Shown here one piece after another: positions 9,988 through 20,000 of a stretch of 20,000 bases of DNA; the first letter of the stretch is position 1, and every line of letters begins with the position of its first letter. The stretch is taken from positions 4,760,540 to 4,780,539 of the forward strand of contig MU058213.1 in the NCBI GenBank assembly GCA_013265495.1, read 5' to 3'. Position numbers and translations under genes: made by a program. The notes below the pieces were generated by a model. The model saw nothing but the letters and a program-made list of their open reading frames with translations, was not told where the DNA came from and ran no database searches. Origin of the DNA: Vicugna vicugna. Taxonomy: Eukaryota.

Positions 9988-10520
9988 CAGGGTAGCCAGC
10001 CTCTGGGACGACCACCCCCGCCCCGCCCCACCCCGCCAATCTGTGCTTCCTGGTTGGTACCCTTGCTCCTTTGCAGGCCCTTCCCATGTTGAATAGGGCT
10101 GCTCTGTGTGACCAGTAGGAAAGTGTGACTTCCAAGGCTAGGTCATAAAAGACATTCTGGCTTCCTCCTTGCTTCCTCTTGAATCCGTTGCTCAAGGGAA
10201 AGCCAACTGCTATGCTGTGAGGGCCCTGAAGCAGCCTTTGGAAAGTCCCATGTGGTGAAGGACTGAGACTTCTTGTCAGGGGCCATGTGAGTGTGCCATC
10301 TTGGTAGTGGATCCTCCCTCCCCACTCAAGCCTTCACATGACTGCAGCCTTGGCCAGCATCATGACTACAGTCTCATTCGAGACTCTGAGCCAGAGCTGC
10401 CAAACTAAGCCACTTCTAGATTCCTTACCTTCAGAAACTGCGTGGTAGTAAATGTTTGCTGTTATTTTAGGCTGCTGAGTTTTGGGGTAATCTGTTACGC
10501 CATAAGAGATGCCTAATACA
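9988..10520 (+). mobile_element. MaLR solo LTR (MLT1F-like)
   Basis: ggtagccagcctc...ttgaatagggctg...gtgacttccaaggctaggtcataaaagacat...gccatgtgagtgtgccatcttgg...cagaaactg...gagttttggggtaatctgttacg...ctaataca matches the MLT1F group. No clear TSD. Confidence 0.85.
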
Positions 10521-10659
10521 AACCATCTCTTTTATGCCACATTTTATTATAGCCACTGACTCCACCAGAGCTGTAGCATCCTGCCACACCCTTGGTCTAG
10601 TCCTTGTTTTGCTGGACCATACCTGTTAGGTGATATGCCATTCTCCCCATTTTGAAGGA

Positions 10660-10870
10660 GGGACCATCTTATCCTTCGTATCCTCAGCACTTTGCAGGGG
10701 GTTCAGTAAGTTTTCTCTGTGTGCATGAATCAGAATGTGCAGAGGTAAAAAAGAACACTAACATACTTTAAGGATAAGTCAGCGTTCTAAATCTGGCTTT
10801 GCTTTTGTTGATTTCATAGAGGACTCCTCGTCCTTCCCTGTTTTTATTTCCTCATTAGTAAATGGATAGT
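10660..10870 (+). mobile_element. Degenerate L2 3' fragment followed by MIR fragment
   Basis: ttcgtatcctcagcac...gttcagtaagttt...gcatgaat (L2 end), then gttctaaatctggctttgc...tttcctcattagtaaatgg (MIR core-like). Confidence 0.45.
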
Positions 10871-11792
10871 GTTTGTATTATCAAGAACAAATGAAAAATG
10901 AAGGCATGGGCATATACGCTTTGTGTGTATAGACTATCTCAGGAAGGACGCAAAGTCATAGTGATTGGTTTTAGGGACAAGTGAAGGGTGTGGGATGAGA
11001 GGAAAACTTTTTAAAACACGGTATAAAACCTTTTGTACTGTCTGAATCTGTCCCGTGTACAATGCCATGGGAGTACTGATCTGTGCGCCCCAGGCAGGCT
11101 AAGAGGAAGCCCTGAGTTTAGTCGTGTATGTTTGCTTTTTGTCCCTGGGGGCACTTGCCTCCGCTTTGGCCTTCGCCTTCCCTCTGCTGCCCAGGTCTGT
11201 GTCCTCTGAGTCCCCAGCATCAGTATCCATCCCCGATCTCCTTTCCTACGGCTGCTGTCCTGGTTCAGGCCTCCTTATCTTCAGCCTGGATGACTTCAGC
11301 TGCCCTCTCCCTGTTTCCTCTCCTGGTTTGGTCTCTTTAGATCACACCCCCCCTGCTGCAGGTTGGCCACCCTCTCTAGCCCACCCTGGCCCCGGACAGT
11401 CCTGATGGCTTCCTGCACGAGCTGCCTTCCACCTGCCTTTTCCACTCCAGCCCTCGCTGTTGTCAATAATGAGCCCAGGGCCAGCCACACGGAGGACTTC
11501 CCCATTCACTGGTGGTGGTGTGTGCCTCCGTCCCCCGAAGCTTGCCTCCTCTGGGCTTTGGCTCTGCAGCCCCCCGCAGTCTGCAATCCAGTGTGTGCGG
11601 TAGGCAGCGTAGAGGCTTGCTGTCAGAAGACGTGGGCCTTGTCTCCACTGCTGTTGGGAGTACTGTGTTTTATTTCATTTTATGGAGTAATATTGTACGT
11701 CACTTTTTTAGAAATTGAATTTTTGTGCACCAGGTGCCACAATACCAGTTCTCTTTCCTCCTCCCAATCCTGCACTCCCTTGTGTGTTGGGA

Positions 11793-11976
11793 GATAGTCC
11801 TAGACAGCTAGGAGTGATGTTGTCTGCGTGCCCTGGGAGACATTTGGCAATCTGTGGACACGTTTTTGGTTGTCGTAATTGGGGGGATGCTACTGGTACC
11901 TAGTGGGTGGAGGCCAAGTGTGTAAATACCCTACACAGAATAGTCCCCCTTAACTGAGTTTGTGTTGAGAAACTGG
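11793..11976 (+). mobile_element. MER20 (hAT-Charlie non-autonomous DNA transposon)
   Basis: ccctgggagacatttggcaatctgtggacacgtttttggttgtcgtaattggggggatgctactggtacctagtgggtggaggccaag...gttgagaaactg matches the MER20 consensus, with an internal 3' deletion. Confidence 0.88.
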
Positions 11977-12474
11977 AATCTGTGTGTACAAGTGTGTGTA
12001 TGTATTTGTGTGTGTTTTCTTTTTACACATTGACTGCTGTGACCTTAAGCATAGTTGGTGAGCAGTAGACTGAATGACTGAATATTCGTGGCAAACCTTG
12101 CCTCTGTTTCCCAGAAGCCCCCGCTCTCAGTCAGGGAAGCAGCACCTGTTCCCGGGGTTGTGCATTCCTAGCCTCAGGCTGCATGTTCTGACTTGCTCTC
12201 CTCTGTCCTCCTCCCAGACTTCTGTGTCCCCTTGGCGGCCCCCTGCCTCCTCTCCCCCACCTCTCTGCTCAGATCAGCTGTCTGTCCCTGACGTCCTTCA
12301 CCACCCCCTGTGCCTTGGTCTCTGCAGCTACCATCCTGTCTGTCTGTCACGGCTGAGCTCAGGTGCCCTCTTCTTCGTGTAGTCCAGCAGCTGCTGTACT
12401 TACTGTTTGAGGGCCCCAGAGCCCTTGCCCCCCACCCCGTAGCACTTACTGTGGTTTGCTCTGCCTGTAGTTGT

Positions 12475-12790
12475 TGATTCACTCAGCTCCTAAATGTCGT
12501 GTGAAGCCTGGGGTGCAGAGATGGATGAGATGGTCTCTGCTCTTGGCTGTCCCGCTGCCCAGTCCCAAGACAGACGGAGGTGATGCTGCCAGTTTGGCAC
12601 ATGGAACAGGTTTGGAGAGGCTTTTTACAGCGTGTAAAGCAGAAATACAAGAAGAGATGATTTTGCTCCTTGTAGTCAGGCCAGGAAAAGTTCCTAAGGG
12701 GCACTGAGGCTTGAATTGAGTCTTGGGAGCAGTGAGAGTAGCGAGGTGATTTAGGGGTGGAAGGGCATTCACACGGAGGGAATGTCCTAC
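12475..12790 (-). mobile_element. L2 LINE fragment
   Basis: gcctggggtgcagagatggatgagatggtctctgctct; caggaaaagttcctaagggg...gagtcttg; gggcattcacacggagggaa. Confidence 0.55.
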
Positions 12791-12917
12791 GACGGAGCCT
12801 GGGACCTGTGGGGTTGTTCTCTCCTGAGACTTTAGGAGTAGCCATTTCCCTTACTCGTTTCTGCAACATCCATTGTCTTGCCCTAGGCAGTTAATAAATC
12901 TGTTTGTGTGTTCATGT

Positions 12918-12980
12918 GCTTATTCATTCAACAAATATTTTTAAGTGCTTTCCACATTTGAGGTACTGAACTGGTACAAA
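12918..12980 (-). mobile_element. L2 3' terminal fragment
   Basis: ttattcattcaacaaatatttttaagtgctttcca is the reverse complement of the L2 terminal motif. Confidence 0.6.
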
Positions 12981-15900
12981 TGGGTTTAGCGTGTGAGTGG
13001 CAGATGGACTGCAGTGGAAACCATTCGAGTAGTAGGTGGTCGCTGCAGCGATCGGATGTGGTTTAGTGAATTTTGAGCTACAGATGAGGTTACATGTTCG
13101 TGGTGACCACACGTTAGGATTCTGGAAATGTGTGTTAAGAGCAAGTCAGAGGCAGGTGTAATGGAAAGCTCCTCCTGCCCTAGTGATCACTAGGGAACAG
13201 AGCTTGTATGAGCCGGCATTGTGGGCTGGTTCCATGAAGGACAAAATAAAGCACAAGGTGCTTGTTCTACAGGGTGATTGCAGCAGTTTTCATAGTAATG
13301 AATAAAGCAGTGTTGTTCTATCAGCAGTAAGTAGGAGTTGGGTGGGAAAGGGGAAAGGGGAGAGGACTGTGAATTTCCTCGGAAATTCCAAGGTTGTGGA
13401 TGGACCTTGTCCTTGGGGACTCACGACAAAGGGGAGAACGTGGCCAAGTGCACAGATTTCTCCTTTTAACACGTCCCCTCTTTTCCTTTCTTTTTATTTG
13501 TTAAATTTCTGCACGTGTTTCTCCAATATGTGGTCCACAGAAAGGAAATACTGGCTGTGTCTGGATTTGGGGAAACTGAGTCCACTTAGAGTTAGAAAAA
13601 GGGGTCGGATGTGCTTCAGAGACTTGTTGGAGCAAGACTGGGGATAAAGTCAAGGAAATAAATGACAGAGCCCAGGAGAGATGGCCTTAGAGATGGACGT
13701 GAAAATATTTGAGCAGGTGTGACATAGGAAGATGGGAAAGCTTTGACTTTTCCATCTCTGAATTGTCCAGAAGCATCAGAGATATCTGTTCTGCACCAGG
13801 GAAAGTGTTGGCTGGATGACAGCACAGGGAAGTCTTAGACGCCTACAAATTTAGTTGGAAAACACTGAGTTCTTCATGGCTTTGGAGCAAGAGCCAAGGC
13901 GCTGATAAGTACTGGAAAATGGGCAGTGGGATTGTCCTGTAGAGTTCATATGTGGAGGGTTTTGGGCCAGTTGTCCTTATAAATATGACTCTGCATTTGA
14001 GTCCAGCACAGTCCAGGCCCCATGAAGCAACGTGCTGTTTGAATCCCACACGCTTTCTGACCTTCAGGGTCCTCTCTGCCCGATCAGGCATTCTTCTTGC
14101 AGGTCTCTAAGCCTGTGACCTTGTGTGAGAAGCAGGTTCCCGCTGCTTCTTCAGGGCTTGGTTCCTGAGGCCTCAGGGTGCCAGGCAGCTCCCCAGCCCG
14201 CGGGGCTTCCTTCTGCCACTCGGGTAGTGGACAGTCCCCTGCAGCCCCAGCTCACTGCCATTTCCCACATCTGTCTGAGTGTACCCTTCAAGCAGACACC
14301 TGTGCTGTGGACCGTGAGCTTCCTGCTGCCAAACTGGGGAGAAAACGTGGCTGGCAGGTGGTGAACTCTGCAGCTGATTCAGGCCCCATGGAGAACCACA
14401 GTTAATAATTTACTGTACTTCTGTGCAGCTACCGATGTTGACCTTGACAAAACTCTGCTAGAATTAGTCAGAGCCTGGCCTGGCATTTAACTAACAGGTA
14501 ATATGACCCAGAAATAACTTCTTGCCGAGAGGTTAATCCGGTCTCCGAGTTTACAGTTGGCATTCACAGATATCCGGTCCTGTTTGCATCCAGAGCAGAG
14601 GACTGTTGGCTCACCGTACTCATAGTGTTCATGAGACAGAGGTGTCACACGGAGTCAGGGGGCCTGGCTTTATGTGGGGCTGCTCTTCGTGGCAGAATAA
14701 AAGCCACGTTGATGGAGAAGCCCTGTAGGAGAGGTGATCTGGGCTTCGTGGGTACCACAGGTGAAGAGGCTCCCCACCCCCTACACACCTCTGACTTCAA
14801 CTTCATAGCCTGGTTTCTTGAGCAGTTCTGAATCTTTTACCTCTGGTGCCAGAAGGTTACACTGATCAAACTGCTTAGTGTAAAGTCAGCAGCACTGTTG
14901 CTTCTAGAAGGTACTTCAGCTAGGGGAGGGGGAGGCCATCTCCCTGTAGCATTTGTTCTCTCCCTTTCCTGAAGTGAAACTAGCCCCAGGGGAATGGAGA
15001 CAGCTGGATTAAAAGTTCGTCAGCTGCTGGATAAGCCTAGGCTGCTAGCAAATACATGGTGATCCGAAGTGGGCGCGCCCTCGCGGGGAGCTCTCTGCCG
15101 CGGCGGGGGCGCTGTGGGGCTACGCTGTGCTGTCTGCGGCAGCAGGGCGGTCATTTCCCCGTCAAGAGCTGCAGGGTGCTGTGGACCTTGGGCTGCCCTT
15201 CCTCCATAGCCCCCAGGCCTCTTGAGAACGAGCGATGGCTTGGTTAGAGATGGTTCTAGCGGATGGTTTCGGGGTGGCAGGTCAGTGCTTCTTCTAGTAC
15301 ACGGACTGGCACTTTTCTCCAGCCAACAAACACAGGCTCTTCAAACAGATGTGTGTTTCTGGGGAAGGCAGCTGGTCCCAAATGAGAGTGTTCAGAGGAT
15401 GGGACCGAAAAACAAAACAAGCCAGTAAAAGGAGAGGCAGAAGGGGAAGGACAGGAGCTGGCAGGGGGAGGGCTGGGGCGGAGACCAGTGTCCAGCTGCA
15501 GCATTAGAGGCAGGCACGAGGGACAGTCGTGGGTGGGGTGAGGCACAGTGGAGGCGGGGGCCAGAAAAGACCTACATGGGGAGGATGAGAGGGTGGGAGG
15601 TGGTATGATATGATAGGAAGTGGGCAAATGCAAGCATCAGGAGTTGAAAGAGGAGTCTGGAGTTGGAGCCACAGATCTAGAGGATAAAGGGAGGAAGGAT
15701 GGTTCTTTGAGGCACAAGAGGATAGAGGATAAGCTGTGAGCTATTTGTTGTGCCAGGTGGGATTTCTATTCCAGGGGTGTTGGCCCCAGTTATACTAGAT
15801 AAAGAGAAGCCAGTGTTGGTTTTATTGCAATATGAGAAGCATATGATTACTAAATAAATGACTTTTTATATAAAAGGTGAGGTGTGAGAACTAGAGGAGG

Positions 15901-16424
15901 CTAAACAAACTTTTGTCACCCAAGGTGGATCATCTTTATGCCTCCTGTTTCTAGGGACTCTGTCGATAGCACTGAGCATGGGTATGAAAATATGTATTTG
16001 AGTTTAATGTTTAAAAGAGTTACAAAAGTCTGTGGAAAGTAGGACCGTAGTCCGATAAGTTGTAGCTGTCTCTTCTGGTCTTTGGGCAGGAGTTTGAAGA
16101 GATTCTTGGAAAGACATTAAAAGAAGAATTTAAATGACTCAAGCTCCATCCGTGAGAATGGAACTAATACTCGTTTAAAAAAACCTGTATAGTCTAGCTG
16201 AGAATTTATACAGCCCTTTAAAGGGGAGACACGGTCTAGGTTCCCAGTGATCCATCTGTGAGCTTGTGGCTCTGGGTCTAGGACCTTGTTGCTCCTAGCA
16301 GCTGACTTGGGGCCATCTTCCTTCCTCTAGAAACCAATTTTCTTAGATATGTCTTCAGAGATCTCCTATTATTTCCTCCAAGCGAACAGTACTTTAAAAG
16401 CCTTCCCTTTGTATCTAGACATAA

Positions 16425-18218
<1,794 letters not shown>

Positions 18219-18299
18219 AAAAAAGGATTTTAAAATGGTAAACACAGATCAATCTAAGGGATAAAAATAATTTTTTCTTGAGCAGTTGAAAGATTGTTC

Positions 18300-18430
18300 C
18301 TAGTTGGACAAGCCATTTAACCACCTCTAACCTTCGTTACATCATCTGCAAATTGAGAATGCGCTTCTTTTTCAGTGGTTTACAAGTCCAACTACATTTG
18401 CATGTTAAAAGTAAGTGGTTGAGGATATGT
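18300..18430 (+). mobile_element. MIR fragment
   Basis: ttggacaagccatttaaccacctctaaccttcgttacatcatctgcaaattgagaat resembles the MIR core ttgggcaagttacttaacctctctgagcctcagtttcctcatctgtaaaatgggaat. Confidence 0.65.
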
Positions 18431-19054
18431 GAAGGATCAGATTATTTGCCACTGAGGGTTTTTTTTTCTCTCATTTAAATCGTAGTTTTGTGGATTTTTT
18501 ATATTTTACAGTTGCTTTCGTAAAAAGAAATGTTGGAAAAGGCTTGCTTTAAAAGAGTATAAGATAGGAAAAGATGAATGTATGTTGTGGATCATACTTT
18601 CGACAGCACGTAGTTTTCTTCTCTCACAGTGTATCTGGAGCATCTTTTTGGGTGAACATGTATGGAGTGTCCCCATATCCATTCATGGTAGCAGCACAGA
18701 CCACGGGACAGGGGTTTAATAAGAGTTTCAGCCACCTGCTGTCTCTTCTGGTGCCCGCCTCCCTGAGCTCTTTAATAGTCTAGCCTTCTCCTAGAGAAAT
18801 CAAAGAGCCTGCCAAAATAAGTCAGCAAACCAGACCAGAGTCAGGAGAGCCAGGAATTCAAATTCATGAGCAGCTGAGTCAGGGGACTGGAATCAGAAGT
18901 GAGGGTGAGTCAGGACCAGGGCCCAGGCTCCTTAGACAGGCCGAGGGGGTGGCCTTGTTTAATCTGCTGCCTTCCTTGTATTCTAGGGCTGGGTTGGGCT
19001 CAACTCTGCTCAAGTCTGAAACTTCATCTCCCACAGGGCTTGGCTGCCAGACAT

Positions 19055-19165
19055 GGCCAAGGAATTTGGCCCAGGTCAAGTCTGCCCACCTCTCCTTTAC
19101 TGTTACTTGTCAGAAAAATGTAAACCAAACTTTAGGGTCCCATGACTCTGTTTCTTTCTGTGGAA
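19055..19165 (+). mobile_element. MIR fragment (degenerate)
   Basis: catgactctgtttctttctgtggaaatgggaaccatacc resembles the MIR core. Confidence 0.4.
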
Positions 19166-19897
19166 ATGGGAACCATACCACTGCAAAGAGTCAGGGAGGA
19201 GGTAGTGAAGGGAAAGGAAGAGGGAGGTGAGTAGCTAACAAGGAGGAAGGGTCACAGGGTTGGGAAGCAGGGTGGATGTTGGGCTCTTCTGGAAGAAGTA
19301 AACTGTTCTTATCACCACTTCTGGTTGGTTCTACCTCTCAGGTAAGTCTGTCCACTCCTCTGCCCCACTTCTACCATCTAAATCCTTAAAACCAGAGTCC
19401 CTCCTCTCAGCTATGGTTCGATTGAATGGGTGAGAACAGGTGTTAAGAGTGATCGTCAAATATTCACACCAAGCGATGGGATGAATATTGGAGGCACTGA
19501 GAGATGCCCAGGTCTTGGCGGAGTGGTGAGCGGGATAAGGACTTGCATTTTATTCATACTGAGTCTGTGCTGTGTTTGTGGGGTGTTGGGACATCCAGTG
19601 AGAGGTCTCTGGCACAAGGGAGAGGCTGGGCTGGAGCTACCAATTTTGGTTGGCTCCTGTGTGCTCTTGCAATAGTTAATGACCCTAAGGAAGAGGCTGT
19701 TTGAATTCTGCCCTAGTTTTATATTCCCCTCAGGAGAATGTGTTCTAGAACTTCTTACTGATGTCACAGCATTTGTAGGCCTGGCCTTCTCAGGCACACT
19801 TGAGGTACTGTGCAGACAGTGCACCTCTTTGGTGTTATTTTTCCCAACCCGGTTCGGATATTTCCTGATGCAACATAGGCTTTTAGTAGAAGAAAGC

Positions 19898-20000
19898 TTT
19901 TTTTTTTTTTATTGATTCATAATCATTTTACAGTGTTGTGTCAAATTCCAGTGTTCAGCACAATTTTTCAGTCATTCATGGACATATACACACTCATTGT
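19898..20000 (-). mobile_element. Young lineage-specific L1 3' end, runs off the window
   Basis: Clean T13 tail then attgattcataatcattttacagtgttgtgtcaaattccagtgttcagcacaatttttcagtcatt, an L1 3' UTR of the camelid/artiodactyl type. Confidence 0.8.

Noticed and set aside
13178..13195. Resemblance of CCCTAGTGAT to the AAV ITR D-sequence
   Set aside because: Only 10 nt match, and no Rep-binding GAGC repeats or parvoviral coding remnants are nearby.
3222..15633. Numerous 60-144 aa ORFs on both strands
   Set aside because: None shows a recognisable domain or supporting splice structure, many start at non-ATG codons or overlap repeats, and such ORFs are expected background in a mammalian intron.

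Overview
Mammalian genomic DNA, most likely camelid (Vic-1-like tRNA-derived SINE plus a camelid/artiodactyl-type L1 3' end). The window holds one 213-nt, phase 0-0 coding exon (708-920, + strand) of the coiled-coil rod of cingulin-like 1 (CGNL1/paracingulin). About 19 kb of the following intron is filled with ordinary repeats (L2, MIR, L1, an MLT1 solo LTR, MER20 and a (CTTT)n microsatellite). The most striking unexplained feature is a ~180-bp, ~70% identical, almost gapless inverted repeat (343-523 and 1858-2039) bracketing this exon. Its transitions are strongly biased toward G-U-compatible pairs on the transcribed strand, so it is a candidate long-range pre-mRNA duplex that could control exon skipping, back-splicing or ADAR editing. 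The enclosed exon is stop-free, a multiple of 3 and has an in-frame ATG in good context, so a circle of it would be an endless ORF. All alignments and counts were done by eye, and repeat names come from recalled consensus sequences rather than a search.
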